Notes: generated from the sequence alone by a model not told the origin. DNA of 64,000 nucleotides from an uncultured Gemmatimonadaceae bacterium (GCA_963817955.1 CAWFQK010000001.1:495117-559116), one strand, 5' to 3'. Numbered from the stretch's first letter, positions 11,259 through 22,181 are shown. Translations and numbers: made by a program.

Positions 11259-12581
11259 TCATGCCGAAGCTGTGACGGCGCTGGCACTTTGCATTGGACG
11301 GCTCGGTTGAGCCGCGGATGCCGTCTGATAGAGCTGGCCGACCAAAAGCCAGTACATCGCCCCGACTCCATCGTAGACAAGGCTGTTCCCCGTAATTCCG
11401 AACACAATATAGATCGCCAGGAAACAGTAGAAAAGCGTGAGCTCCTCCGTAGTTCGCATGCGCGTTCCAGTGCTGTACAGCATGACGACGATAACGACAG
11501 TGAGTAGAATCATCCCGAGCGCCCCGATCCGTTGACCCATTTCGAGAAAGATGTTATGCGATCCCCAGAACCACTCTTCGGACCTGCCTCTGAATCCGAA
11601 ATAGACGTCCATAACGCGTCCCGCGGGAACCACGAACGCCGACGAATGGGCAATCTGGTCAAACGACGCGTCCCAAATAGGCTTTCTATCGCCGAGCAAC
11701 TTGAATTCCGCGTAGCCCTTTATGCTCGTCAAATCGAACCGGTCCGCCGCAGGCAACCGTAGCACGAAGATCGTGAGGAGAATCGGAAGAGCCAGTCCGG
11801 CGATCATGATCGGCTTCCGACGCAATAGATGATTCGTCAGGCGGTTCGTGGTGAGAAGAGCCAGAAAGGTCAGGCTGACGAGGATGATTCCAAGACCGGT
11901 CAGCGTTGAGCTCTGCGACGCAATGATCTTCAACGCATACGCGAATGGGATGAGCGCCAGGAGACGTGGCTTCAAGCGCAGCCACGCGTAGGGAATCAAA
12001 CCGAATGCTATGAACAGCCAGTGGCCGCTCGTGAGTCCCAGAACCAACAGAAGCATCGAAAGGAAGAGAATCCGGTCGAGCACCGCCAAGAACTCCTCGC
12101 GACTACGCACGCACTGCGGCACGAGCACCGCGCCAACCGACAACGCGATGCGTAACCCCACCGTGAGGCCGGCGGGGTTCTTGTTTCCGGCAAGCACCGA
12201 ATAGACCAGACCGATGCTCGCCAATGCGACGGCTGTGAGCCAACCCACCGTCAGAGCCCGGAGGTGGATTTGCTTGAAGCGAAGCAGTACTCTGATCAGG
12301 ATCGCGAGCGAGAAAACCAGCCTCGTCGAGAGTGCGATCGGACCGACGAAAAACACGCTGCTGAGATGGTCGAAGATTCCCGGGGTTGTGCCAAGGTCCT
12401 GTGCGCCCGGATCTGTCGACGCAAAAACGATCGAAGGGACCAGCAGCACGAAGATCAGATAAAGATCGACGCGCTTTCGCCTCACGAAGTGAACGAAGAG
12501 CCAAGCACAGGCTGGCAGCAATCGCGACCCCGCTAATCGCCCCGCCGAAGTGTAGCGCGACAAGGAAGTAGGCGGCGCCAT
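11259..12581 (-). CDS. O-antigen ligase/polymerase (WaaL/Wzy_C family) membrane protein
   Basis: About 11 hydrophobic segments, with a late periplasmic loop carrying GDRKPIW and GSHNIFLE..GALG. Confidence 0.7.
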   Translation of the reverse strand: MAPPTSLSRYTSAGRLAGSRLLPACAWLFVHFVRRKRVDLYLIFVLLVPSIVFASTDPGAQDLGTTPGIFDHLSSVFFVGPIALSTRLVFSLAILIRVLLRFKQIHLRALTVGWLTAVALASIGLVYSVLAGNKNPAGLTVGLRIALSVGAVLVPQCVRSREEFLAVLDRILFLSMLLLVLGLTSGHWLFIAFGLIPYAWLRLKPRLLALIPFAYALKIIASQSSTLTGLGIILVSLTFLALLTTNRLTNHLLRRKPIMIAGLALPILLTIFVLRLPAADRFDLTSIKGYAEFKLLGDRKPIWDASFDQIAHSSAFVVPAGRVMDVYFGFRGRSEEWFWGSHNIFLEMGQRIGALGMILLTVVIVVMLYSTGTRMRTTEELTLFYCFLAIYIVFGITGNSLVYDGVGAMYWLLVGQLYQTASAAQPSRPMQSASAVTASA

Positions 12582-12639
12582 AAGATCTGAGATGCCGGAC
12601 TATTATAGTCAGCACGTGAGCGTCACCATTGCAGAGACG

Positions 12640-13776
12640 TCACCGGCATGCTGCGGCTGTCGCCTCCAGGAGCCGGGCCGCTTCTTTCTCCCAAGTGTTC
12701 ATTCTCAGAAACCTATCCAGCTCTCGGCTGTATCGATCCCGCTCGCTCGCGACCGCGGTCAACGCGGCGGCGACACTCTCTGGAGTGACTTCCCCATCAC
12801 ATCCGACGAGCCGGCCCATTGGATGCGTCTCGAACAGGCTCCTGATTGTCGGCTGACACGTTGCCACCATCGGCAGGCCAGCCTGCGCATACTCTATCAC
12901 CTTGTTGGGCGCGCAGAGTATTTCGTTGATGCTCCGCATTGAGTACGAGATGAAGCCGATATCTGCCTGTCGGATCACGTCGAAGACTTCCGCGTGCGGT
13001 ACCGGTCCGATTACTCGCAAGCGATCTTCCGCGGTGTCGGCTGCCAAAGCGCGCACCGCACTGAGATCCGGCCCGTTGCCGACGAAGACCAGCTTGAAGT
13101 TCTTCGGGAGAAAGGGCAGCGTCTCGAGCAGCACACTGAGGCCACGGCCGAGATTGATGTCTCCCATGTAGACGACGTGAACGTCCTCGGATCGTGCTCG
13201 CCGGAGATCCGCATAGCGACTGAGCACCTCCGAATCATCAAGGTGGCCGGATGGAGTAGGCGGGATATTCTTCACCGCGACGGGAACTTCCGACAACCTA
13301 TAGTGATCATGCATCACGGCTGCTCGTTCAGCATTGGCCGCGAGCACCAAGTCCGCCCGCCTCACTACCAGTCGTTCGAGTCGGTAGAAGAACCATTCCT
13401 TTCGCGTCATCGGCTGGCCCTCGGTGGGCACGATCAGCTCGTGCGCATCGTAGATGAAGCAGGCGCCGGAGAGGCGAGCGGCGAGCCAGCCGGGGAACGG
13501 CAAGAAGAAGTCGTTCGCGTACACGCTATCCGGTCGCATCCTCAACGCCGTGCGCAGAAGGACGAGCCAAAACACGAGCAGCCTTCCAATGCTCCCGAAG
13601 TGGGCTGCGGGCGCGGTTCGCAGAATCTGGAATCGATCCGATTGGTACTGCCCCGACCCGCGCAGACACAGCAGCGTCACGTCGTACTCGGTCGCGAGCG
13701 CGCCGCATGTGCGCTTCACGCGACCATCGACGTCGATCGGATTATACACCGCAATCAACATCCTGCGCCTCTTCAT
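12640..13776 (-). CDS. GT4 glycosyltransferase
   Basis: DGRV, IYDAHEL, APNKVIEYAQAGLP. Confidence 0.85.
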   Translation of the reverse strand: MKRRRMLIAVYNPIDVDGRVKRTCGALATEYDVTLLCLRGSGQYQSDRFQILRTAPAAHFGSIGRLLVFWLVLLRTALRMRPDSVYANDFFLPFPGWLAARLSGACFIYDAHELIVPTEGQPMTRKEWFFYRLERLVVRRADLVLAANAERAAVMHDHYRLSEVPVAVKNIPPTPSGHLDDSEVLSRYADLRRARSEDVHVVYMGDINLGRGLSVLLETLPFLPKNFKLVFVGNGPDLSAVRALAADTAEDRLRVIGPVPHAEVFDVIRQADIGFISYSMRSINEILCAPNKVIEYAQAGLPMVATCQPTIRSLFETHPMGRLVGCDGEVTPESVAAALTAVASERDRYSRELDRFLRMNTWEKEAARLLEATAAACR

Positions 13777-15953
13777 CGCGTGCGCACTCCGTATGCAGGA
13801 GAAAAGGCGATGGACGATGCGGGGGCAAAGGGATTCGTCGACGCCGGAGTCCAGGCCGACTTAAGTTCATATTCGTCGATGATGTCGATCGCGCCTGCCC
13901 TAAGAACAATTTGGCGGGTTACCCGCCCCCCTTCAGTCGTCATGGTTCCGCGGAATCCTTCGATCCCGAAAGCCTCGCATCGGCTTTCTCTGGTGAGCGG
14001 CTGCGAAAACGGCGCTGCGTCCCGTTTCGCAGCCGGACCCACCACTGAAGGAGACGCGTGCACCACAGCCGACCGGTAGTCGTTACGAAGGGATCTCGAT
14101 GCTGTATATACGTATGTGCCCGGGTCGGCCGTAATCGTGGTGCCGTCAATTGTGAGCTCAACGGCGAGGTGGTCCTCGTGTGCGTGCGTTCCAGCCCCGT
14201 CTCGCATTGAACTGCCGCAACGAATCACCAAATGCAATCGGTTCGACCGGACGACATAAGCTCCGAACTCGGGAAACGCAGCAATCGATACACCGTTCAG
14301 CAGGCCACCATCATCTACAGGATGAGTCGCGGTCACACGATGCGTCACCCCTCTCACTCGACCCGGCACTTGCATGGCAGCCGCGGCAGAGTGGGGCTCC
14401 TGCCTCCGCGCGAAAGGAGCCACGGACATCCGCCGCTTTCCACTTACGAGTCTATCCGCGAGCGCTCGAGTAATTTGGCAGTTGGGCGCGTACCCCTGGT
14501 CGAGAAGCTCAGGCACGCTCAGTAGAGCACTTGCCCATGCAATCCAGTGTTGGTGATTCAGGCTCGGCTGCGCGACGTACGGGGAATGGTCTGGAAGGTC
14601 ACGGAAAAGGGCGAGGTTCTGATACTTAGCTCGGGCGCTGGCGATGGTGCCGTCCAAGACCCATCCACCTATCCGTAGAAATCGGCCGCTGTCGTTGTCA
14701 CCGATCTGGACGACCGTCCCATCCGGCTTGGTCATCTCCATCGTGAAGTCAACGGCATTCAGAATTCGAGCATAGAACTCGTCCGGAAAGAGCTTCTCCG
14801 TCTGTCGGTAGCGATTCTGGAGAATGCCGGGCGTTGACGGCCGCAGCTTCGGCCCATAACGCATCATCCCGGTGCTTGCGAACAGTGCTTCAATTCGCGA
14901 CGCAGGTATGGCTTCGCAGAGCACGGCGCAGACGACGACCATCTCCGCGCAAAGTCGGTGGTAACTGGTGGACGCCTCGAAGTGGCCACCGTCAGAGAGG
15001 AACTGACGGTCGGTCTCTGCCGCCAATTCCTGTACGGCGAACGCCAGCCACGAATCGGCCTGGCCGTCCGGCTGCAGATAGGCCGCCGTGACCAAAAGTC
15101 CGCAAATATCGCCGAGGTAATGATTGGCCCGGTGACGTTCGGACCACTCGAGGTTCCGCGAAATGTGGCGAGCGTGATCATACGCAGTTGCCACCACCAC
15201 TTCGTTAAACTCGTCATCAAACTCGTCGCCGGCTGATCGAAAGAGATCGTAAGCGATCAGCAGGTTGGCGATTCGGATCCCAACGTCCATTGTCGAGGCC
15301 CAGTTCGCTCCGAAGCGAGGCGGGTTCGATGCGACCCAGTCGAGCACCTGGTTTCTAAACTCCTGGCGATACCGGGGTTCTTTGCCTACCAAGTAGGCTA
15401 CCGCCAGCTCCGGAAAATGCTGCAGCCTCGAGAGCTCCCAGGGAACCTTGATATCAGCACCCGGTACGCTCCCATAAGCGATGTCACGATACCAGGTTCG
15501 TTCCGACCAGCGGAACCCGGACCTGAAATCAATCTGCCAGTCAATTGGTATGTACTCCGTCGATATCAAGGCTCTTATACGTCTCGCGGCTGATCGCCCG
15601 TGCCTCGGCAGATGATGCATAAGCGCTTCGGGCGTCGCCTGGCGCTCCGGAGGGTCGAAGCGAATCCGCTCGAAACCGAGACAATCCATGCCGTGAAACA
15701 CTCTCACCCAGCCGGAGCCAAGCAAGTCGAACCGGTGGCTGAGAAACAGCTCGATCGCGCTCGCGTCTGCAGCAGTGGGAGAAAAACGAATTCCCGCTGG
15801 AATCAGCCGCGCAAGCAGTTGATTCGGCTCGGTGGCCTCGCCGAACGATGTCAAGACCGCGTCGTGAGCGCGAAAAAAACTCCGTCGGAAGCTGTTACCC
15901 GCCCGTCGCCAGAGTTGGGAGAATGATTGAAGGGTGATCCGAGGGATACTCAT
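13773..15953 (-). CDS. Heparinase II/III-like (alginate-lyase-fold) protein
   Basis: PIDWQIDFRSG, DIKVPWELSRLQH, NHYLGD, DGGHFEASTSYH, IGDNDSGR, HAHED, DPGTYVYT. Confidence 0.85.
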   Translation of the reverse strand: MSIPRITLQSFSQLWRRAGNSFRRSFFRAHDAVLTSFGEATEPNQLLARLIPAGIRFSPTAADASAIELFLSHRFDLLGSGWVRVFHGMDCLGFERIRFDPPERQATPEALMHHLPRHGRSAARRIRALISTEYIPIDWQIDFRSGFRWSERTWYRDIAYGSVPGADIKVPWELSRLQHFPELAVAYLVGKEPRYRQEFRNQVLDWVASNPPRFGANWASTMDVGIRIANLLIAYDLFRSAGDEFDDEFNEVVVATAYDHARHISRNLEWSERHRANHYLGDICGLLVTAAYLQPDGQADSWLAFAVQELAAETDRQFLSDGGHFEASTSYHRLCAEMVVVCAVLCEAIPASRIEALFASTGMMRYGPKLRPSTPGILQNRYRQTEKLFPDEFYARILNAVDFTMEMTKPDGTVVQIGDNDSGRFLRIGGWVLDGTIASARAKYQNLALFRDLPDHSPYVAQPSLNHQHWIAWASALLSVPELLDQGYAPNCQITRALADRLVSGKRRMSVAPFARRQEPHSAAAAMQVPGRVRGVTHRVTATHPVDDGGLLNGVSIAAFPEFGAYVVRSNRLHLVIRCGSSMRDGAGTHAHEDHLAVELTIDGTTITADPGTYVYTASRSLRNDYRSAVVHASPSVVGPAAKRDAAPFSQPLTRESRCEAFGIEGFRGTMTTEGGRVTRQIVLRAGAIDIIDEYELKSAWTPASTNPFAPASSIAFSPAYGVRTR

Positions 15954-15974
15954 CGATAGCTCGATGCGTCAGGC

Positions 15975-17108
15975 TCACACACCCGATGCCGGCATCCCTG
16001 AGCGGCGTGCATGCACCAGTCGCTCCATCTCCGAGACGATCCGTTCTGCCGCCCGTCCATCCCACTTCTCCGGAATGGCGCCCTTCTTCCACTGGCCATC
16101 CATGACGCGCCTTAGAACGCGAGAGACATTTGCGGGATCTGTTCCGACGAGCTCATTCGTCCCTACGGATACGGTTTCGGGACGCTCCGTATTGTCGCGT
16201 ACTGTCAGACAGGGAACACCGAACACCGTCGTCTCTTCCGTGATCCCCCCGGAGTCGGTGATCACGGCCTTGGCGTGCTTCACCAGATAGTTGAATTCCA
16301 GATACGGCAGTGGTCCGACCGCGTGAATCCCCTCAAGAAGCTCTCCTCGTTCCTTCAGCTGCCTATCCGTTCGTGGATGGACGGGAAAGATCACCGGAAA
16401 GCCGCCGGCCCCATCGACCACCGATCGGAGCAGAGCAGACAGGCGCTCCAGATCGTCCACATTCGAAGGACGATGTAGCGTGAGCACCAAGTATTGGCCA
16501 GCCCGTAGACTGTAGTTGCTCCAGAAGGCTGGAGGGCGCAGGTTGGACTCCTGTGTCATAAGCGTATCGATCATAGTATTCCCGACGAAGAAGATCCGAT
16601 CGTCGGACACGCCCGCCTTCCTCAAGTTTTGATTGGCCACCTCACTGGTGGTGAAGAACCAATTGGTGATGGAGTCCGTCACCACCCGATTGATCTCTTC
16701 AGGCATCGCCCAGTCGTCCGAGCGAATGCCGCCTTCGACGTGTGCAACTGGAACGCCGAGTTTCCGCGCGGTGATCGCGCAGGCCATCGTTGAATTCACG
16801 TCACCGACGACGATGCATGCCTCGCTCCGCTCGTTCATCAGGACCTGCTCATAGCGGATCATGATCGCGGCTGTCTGCTCGGCCTGGCTTCCCGAGCCCA
16901 CGCCCAGATTGACGTCCGGTTCCGGTATCCCCAGTTGCACGAAAAAATCAGCGGACATCGCGCGGTCGTAGTGCTGCCCGGTGTGAATCAGTCGGGGGCG
17001 AAGACGGCCTCTGCGAGCTGCAGCGTCGCGGAATGCGGCCATGATCGGGGCGATCTTGATGAAATTCGGCCGAGCTCCGGCGATGACGTCGACGAGAACG
17101 ACCGTCAC
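15975..17108 (-). CDS. wecB: Non-hydrolysing UDP-GlcNAc 2-epimerase (WecB/WbpI-like)
   Basis: GARPNFIKIAP, HTGQHYD, HVEGGIRS, MPEEINR, TDSGGITEE; GTG start overlaps the upstream stop (GTGA). Confidence 0.88.
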   Translation of the reverse strand: MTVVLVDVIAGARPNFIKIAPIMAAFRDAAARRGRLRPRLIHTGQHYDRAMSADFFVQLGIPEPDVNLGVGSGSQAEQTAAIMIRYEQVLMNERSEACIVVGDVNSTMACAITARKLGVPVAHVEGGIRSDDWAMPEEINRVVTDSITNWFFTTSEVANQNLRKAGVSDDRIFFVGNTMIDTLMTQESNLRPPAFWSNYSLRAGQYLVLTLHRPSNVDDLERLSALLRSVVDGAGGFPVIFPVHPRTDRQLKERGELLEGIHAVGPLPYLEFNYLVKHAKAVITDSGGITEETTVFGVPCLTVRDNTERPETVSVGTNELVGTDPANVSRVLRRVMDGQWKKGAIPEKWDGRAAERIVSEMERLVHARRSGMPASGV

Positions 17109-19267
17109 CGACTCGTACTCGTCCCGGTCACTCTCCCGGGCTGTATCTGCGACTCGACGGCCAGCGCTGTTCGTGCAACCTGCACCTGTTGCCACCAGGG
17201 GATCGGCCATTCGCCTTTCTGAATGCCGTCGGCAAAAGCAATCAGCTCTTCCTTGAGCCCCTTTTCCTGAACGGCCGTTCTGAGCGATTTCCCTTTCGTG
17301 CCATACACATCGAGCTTCTTGTAATCCGCCAGAATCGCGGTCTTTCCGTCGACGTGGAGGTCGGCAGTCTCCTTCGGATAAGACTTGTTACCCAGAGATG
17401 TATACGTCAGGCTCGCAATTGAGCCATCGGCGAAGCGCATCGTGGCGACGAAGTTGTCATCGCGCCGATAGTAGCTCGAGCTCGGGACGATCGACCGCGA
17501 CGCGATCTCGGTCACTTCACTATTCGACAGAAACGTGAACAGGTCATAGAGGTGGCAGGCCTCGCCGAGGTTTCTGCCTCCTCCCTCAGGACCGTGGACC
17601 CAGTGATCGGACGGAATGTGCCCGGCGTTCATTCGGTAGTCGAGCATGAACGGTCCGCTTCGATTCTGCAGTATCTCCGCCATGCGCCGCGCATACGGCG
17701 AAAACCGCCGGTTGTACCCGGTCATCAGAATCGGGGCAGCGGTGCCCGCGGAGCTCACGCACTCGTCGAGCGCTTGCAACTCGGCAGACGTGATCGCCGT
17801 CGGTTTTTCCACGAACACGTGCTTACCCGCTCGCAAGGCGGCGAGCGCCATCTCAGCGTGGAGATGATGCCGCGTCGCGATGAGTACGGCGTCGACGTTG
17901 GGATCGTCGAGCACCTGTTCGTATTCCGTCGTGCAATAGGCCGCTCCAAATTGCCTGGCCAGTGCTGCGGCCCGGTCCCCAGACCGCGTCATGACTGCCT
18001 GTAAGGCGAACCGGTCGCCCAGACTCCGCATATTGGGCAAGTGCGCCGACTGGGCGAAGGACCCGGCGCCGAGGATGGCCACGCGAATGGTCCCAGGACG
18101 CGCGGCGAAGGTGCCACCGGTCAGAACCTTGTGAGATGGTTTGCTATCCGTCTCCGGATAGGTCAGAAGCACCATCAATGGCCTGGCCGAAGAGTCATTC
18201 AACGACGCATATGCCTTGGTCGCATCCCCAATGGGATATCGCGCCGAGACGAGCCGTTCCACCAGCACACGTCCCTCAGCCAGCAGGCGCAGGTATTCCG
18301 CCATGTTGCGGTTTTCCGTCCACCGCACATAGGCCACCGGATAGTCGAGACCCTGCTCTTCATACTGGTGGTCGTATCGCCCCGGCCCATATGATGTGGA
18401 GATCAGGAAATCGATCTCCTTGACGTAGAAGTCGGCGCGATTGAGATGCAGCCCAACGTCGCCAACCAGCACCACGCGTCCTTTCTTCCGACACATCTTG
18501 AATGCGGTCGAGACGAGAGCGTCCGACGGCGTGGCGGCGGTGATGATGACGCAGTCGACACCGATACCGTCGGTCAGTCGGGCGACTTGATCGACGCTTG
18601 TCGCGTCGTCTGGCTGAAGCGCGAGATCCATTCCGAGACTGAAAGCCAGCGCCGAGCGCTCGCGGTCGAGATCGACGCCGATTGTCCGGCACCCGTTCGC
18701 CCGCAGGATCTGCACGGTCAACTGGCCGAGAATCCCCAGGCCGATGACAGCAACGGTTTCTCCCAAGGTTGGCTGTGCGCGGCGAACACCCTGCAGTGCG
18801 ATAGCGCCAAGGGTAACCGTAGACGCACTCTCCCAATTCAAGGCGTCTGGAATTCTCGCGCAGAGATTCCGCGGAACGCGAATGAACTCAGCATGATGTG
18901 CGTACCCGGCCCCCGCACATGCGACTCGGTCTCCGATGGCTAGATCGTCGATAATCGACCCGACATCGACGACGACTCCGGCGGCCGAGTAGCCGGTGGG
19001 GTGCGCCGCATCGATCTTGTCTTCGACCAGGCTCCACGTCCGCCTGATACCGGAGGTCGCGGCCAGTTTGAGGGTAGTAGCGACTTTGCTCGGATCCTGT
19101 AGCGCGCGCTTCCAGAGCGGAGCCGCGCTCGAGCGAACGGCGCTCATCTCCGTGCCGACCGAGAGACACGATGCCCGAACGCGGACGAGGACCTCACCTG
19201 GTTCCGGATGAGGTGCAGGCAGTTCGGCGACGATCACACTGCCCTTCTGAACCAGCACTTGTTTCAT
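17105..19267 (-). CDS. Bi-domain oxidoreductase (MDR/Zn-ADH-like plus Gfo/Idh/MocA)
   Basis: N-domain SVGTE..GYSAAG..GLGILG..SYGPGRYD; C-domain GAGSFA, HVFVEKP, GYNRRF, GGRNLGEACH. Confidence 0.88.
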   Translation of the reverse strand: MKQVLVQKGSVIVAELPAPHPEPGEVLVRVRASCLSVGTEMSAVRSSAAPLWKRALQDPSKVATTLKLAATSGIRRTWSLVEDKIDAAHPTGYSAAGVVVDVGSIIDDLAIGDRVACAGAGYAHHAEFIRVPRNLCARIPDALNWESASTVTLGAIALQGVRRAQPTLGETVAVIGLGILGQLTVQILRANGCRTIGVDLDRERSALAFSLGMDLALQPDDATSVDQVARLTDGIGVDCVIITAATPSDALVSTAFKMCRKKGRVVLVGDVGLHLNRADFYVKEIDFLISTSYGPGRYDHQYEEQGLDYPVAYVRWTENRNMAEYLRLLAEGRVLVERLVSARYPIGDATKAYASLNDSSARPLMVLLTYPETDSKPSHKVLTGGTFAARPGTIRVAILGAGSFAQSAHLPNMRSLGDRFALQAVMTRSGDRAAALARQFGAAYCTTEYEQVLDDPNVDAVLIATRHHLHAEMALAALRAGKHVFVEKPTAITSAELQALDECVSSAGTAAPILMTGYNRRFSPYARRMAEILQNRSGPFMLDYRMNAGHIPSDHWVHGPEGGGRNLGEACHLYDLFTFLSNSEVTEIASRSIVPSSSYYRRDDNFVATMRFADGSIASLTYTSLGNKSYPKETADLHVDGKTAILADYKKLDVYGTKGKSLRTAVQEKGLKEELIAFADGIQKGEWPIPWWQQVQVARTALAVESQIQPGRVTGTSTSR

Positions 19268-19292
19268 AGGTATTCAAACCCCAGGAAAAGCC

Positions 19293-20072
19293 TCATCGCT
19301 TTGCCCGGATGCCAAGGAACCAGCCCCAGGTCGGGGGAAGCCGCGAAATGATCCAATTTGGCAGGTCGTGCGTGTCGCCGACGGTCAGTATCGGAATGAC
19401 GTCGACCTTACTGAAACCGGCGAGCAGCGATTGTACCTCGGATACCGAGTAGGCCTTCGTGCCCAAGCTTTCGACATGATGGAAGAGCACGTCGCGGAAC
19501 GAACGCCAAGGCCGCCCTTTGAGGACCGCGTGTTTCAACCAGACCCGAAGCGTGGTCAGCGAGGGCCGCTGATACAACATCCCGACAAACTCACCGGTCC
19601 GAGGCTTCAGAACCCGAATGATCTCTGAGAATATGCGCTCCGGGTGTTCGGAATGGTGAATGACCCCCCAGGAATACACCACGTCGAAGAACCCGTCCTC
19701 GAAAGGCAATGACTCAGCCGAAAGACGCTGCACGTTGGATGTCAACCCATGCGTCTCGAGTCGTTTTCGGGTGATGTGGATGGCCGCGTCGGTGAGGTCC
19801 ACTCCGTAGAGGTCTGCCCCGGCCCGCGCCCATTGGAGGTGATCGGTGCCCGCCCCCACGCCGATTTCGAGCACACGCTTGCCGCGGTAGCGCGTAAACT
19901 GGGCGACTGAATGAATGAATGGCTCGACAGCATAGCGGTATTCTTCGACTGCCTCGAACCATTCTCGCGACAACGGCTGTGTTTTTCCAACGATGTAAGC
20001 GTCGGTGCCGCAAGGCACTTGTTCCCAATACGCTTTCACCTCTTCCATGAGCGACTGCGGATTCCGACTCAC
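19293..20072 (-). CDS. Class I SAM-dependent methyltransferase
   Basis: VLEIGVGAGTD, LPFEDGFFDVVYSWGVIHH; GTG start overlaps the asnB stop. Confidence 0.87.
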   Translation of the reverse strand: MSRNPQSLMEEVKAYWEQVPCGTDAYIVGKTQPLSREWFEAVEEYRYAVEPFIHSVAQFTRYRGKRVLEIGVGAGTDHLQWARAGADLYGVDLTDAAIHITRKRLETHGLTSNVQRLSAESLPFEDGFFDVVYSWGVIHHSEHPERIFSEIIRVLKPRTGEFVGMLYQRPSLTTLRVWLKHAVLKGRPWRSFRDVLFHHVESLGTKAYSVSEVQSLLAGFSKVDVIPILTVGDTHDLPNWIISRLPPTWGWFLGIRAKR

Positions 20073-21982
20073 CCAACGACCTCGGGTTTGAAGTTGGCGT
20101 GCCACCATTTTGCCAAATTGAGGAGCGGCCATGAGTTGGCCGGTGTATCGCTATTCAGGATCTTCTCCACCTCTCGCCAATCGAGCAGATCGGTGACGCT
20201 GCAGAAGTCCTGCAATTCCCGCCGTGCCAACGCTCCAAGACGATCTTCGAACCACTCGTCTATGGGAGCGCCGAACCCTTGCTTCTTTCGGTCGATGATT
20301 TCATCCGGGATCACGCCGCGAACAGCCTTCTTCAACATATACTTGAGATTACCCCCCTGAATCCTCATCTCGGCGGGTATGCTCATGGCGTATTCGACGA
20401 ACTTATGATCGAGGAAAGGGACGCGAGCTTCCAATGACACGCCCATTGTCATCTTGTCTACGCGCATGAGGAGCAACTCCGGTAGACGAAGGTTCAGATC
20501 GAGATAGGTCATCCAGTCGAGGGAGGCCCTGCGGGCCGATTTATCTTCGAATCGCCGGCGAATTGGCGCCAGGGCGTCCCACGAAGTCACGTCCTTCATG
20601 CGTTCGCGCATCCTAGGTGAGAGGAGTCGCATCTTCTGCGCGTGCGTGAATGCCTCTGCGCCCCCCCAAAAGATCGGCACGTTGCGGCTGGCACGACGCA
20701 GATATTCGTAGCGCCAATCCTTATCCAACCCGATCATCGACAGGATCTTGACCGTGATCCGCTTCAACGCGGTCGGAACCGGAAGGTCGTCAAGACGCTG
20801 TAGATTCAGCATCGTTCGCCAGCGCGGATAACCGCAAAACAGTTCGTCGGCGCCCTCACCGACCTGACACACGATGACCCCGGTCTCTCTGGCCAGCTTC
20901 GCAACGTAGTACACGGGAATGCAAACAGGGTCCGCGATTGGCTCATCCTGCAGGTGCACCATCCGCGGCAGGAAATCAATTAGATCGTCGACGCTGAGAA
21001 GTTTGTCGTGGTACTCGGCGCCCACGTCCTTTGCCACCGCGCGGGCGTACTCAAGCTCGTTGCGATAGCTGCTGTACTCGTCATCGTAGCCGATGGAGAA
21101 GGTCTTTACGGGGCTCACCTCACCTTCTGAAAAAAGCGCGGCGTTCGCGCTCGAGTCGATACCACCGGAGAGAAACACGCCCACCGGAACGTCGCTGACC
21201 TTTCGAAGCTTTACAGCGTCGCGCAGCTCGTCCAGAATCCGACTCGCGACCACATCTTCCGACGCGCCATCCAGAGACTGCGTGTGGTCGAGCACATCCC
21301 AGTAGCGATGTTCCTCAATACTACCGTCAGCCTGCAAGCGCATCCACGTGCCGGCCGGCAGCTTGTGAATTCCGTCGAACAACGTGCTTGGCGCCGGAAC
21401 CGTCAAGAAGGAGAGAAAGTGAAACAGCCCCTCTTCGCTGACCTTCCGCTCCTGGTCGGGATCCTCGAGAAGCGCCTTGATTTCCGAGGCGAAGACGATC
21501 CGACCGTGATGGATACTGTAATAGAGCGGCTTGATCCCAATTCTATCGCGAACCAGCCACAGTTCGCGCTTGTTGGTATCCCAAAGCGCGATGGCAAACA
21601 TCCCGCGAAACTTCTGGAGGCAGTCGATTCCCCACTTCTCAAAAGCGTGGAGTATGACCTCCGTATCGGAGTGATCGGTCTTCCATTGGTGGCCTCCGAT
21701 CTGCTCCAGCTCAGCCCGGATCTCAGCATGATTGTATATCTCGCCATTGAACAGCAGCCAGAGCGTTCCATCCTCGTTGCACATTGGCTGGTCGGCCGCG
21801 GTGCACAAGTCGATGATTGCCAACCGGCGAAAGCCGAGGCCGACCTTCCTATCCTCAGAAACCCATACGCCGGCGCCGTCCGGACCCCGATGCACCATCG
21901 TATCCCTCATCTTGACCACGTATGGCTCATCGATCGCGAATGAGGAAGCGGTGAAAGAGAGTGCGCCTGCGATTCCGCACAT
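20069..21982 (-). CDS. asnB: Asparagine synthase-like glutamine amidotransferase (WbpS-like sugar amidation)
   Basis: MCGIAG, HRGPD, NGEIYN, DTEV, RDRIGIKPL, LSGGIDSS, GEGADE. Confidence 0.92.
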   Translation of the reverse strand: MCGIAGALSFTASSFAIDEPYVVKMRDTMVHRGPDGAGVWVSEDRKVGLGFRRLAIIDLCTAADQPMCNEDGTLWLLFNGEIYNHAEIRAELEQIGGHQWKTDHSDTEVILHAFEKWGIDCLQKFRGMFAIALWDTNKRELWLVRDRIGIKPLYYSIHHGRIVFASEIKALLEDPDQERKVSEEGLFHFLSFLTVPAPSTLFDGIHKLPAGTWMRLQADGSIEEHRYWDVLDHTQSLDGASEDVVASRILDELRDAVKLRKVSDVPVGVFLSGGIDSSANAALFSEGEVSPVKTFSIGYDDEYSSYRNELEYARAVAKDVGAEYHDKLLSVDDLIDFLPRMVHLQDEPIADPVCIPVYYVAKLARETGVIVCQVGEGADELFCGYPRWRTMLNLQRLDDLPVPTALKRITVKILSMIGLDKDWRYEYLRRASRNVPIFWGGAEAFTHAQKMRLLSPRMRERMKDVTSWDALAPIRRRFEDKSARRASLDWMTYLDLNLRLPELLLMRVDKMTMGVSLEARVPFLDHKFVEYAMSIPAEMRIQGGNLKYMLKKAVRGVIPDEIIDRKKQGFGAPIDEWFEDRLGALARRELQDFCSVTDLLDWREVEKILNSDTPANSWPLLNLAKWWHANFKPEVVG

Positions 21983-22181
21983 AAATAAGCCTCAACGATT
22001 CTCTGATTGGTTGGCGTAGAATCGGAGCGAACAGCCGCGCCAAACCTCGAGTCGCGGTTTCCTGCCCGATCTCCATGCAGGCCTGCGTGACTCAGGCCAA
22101 TCGCACTCGCGCCAAGGACTTTTGTCTACGCGCAGCTGGGGAGTCGCTGCAGAACAAATCTAGCGCTCGAGGCGGTCTTGC

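Noticed and set aside
12994..14079. Long opposite-strand ORFs over annotated genes (also 32049-33041, 50517-51461, 51838-52779)
   Set aside because: Antisense shadows of high-GC coding sequence with no recognisable motifs.
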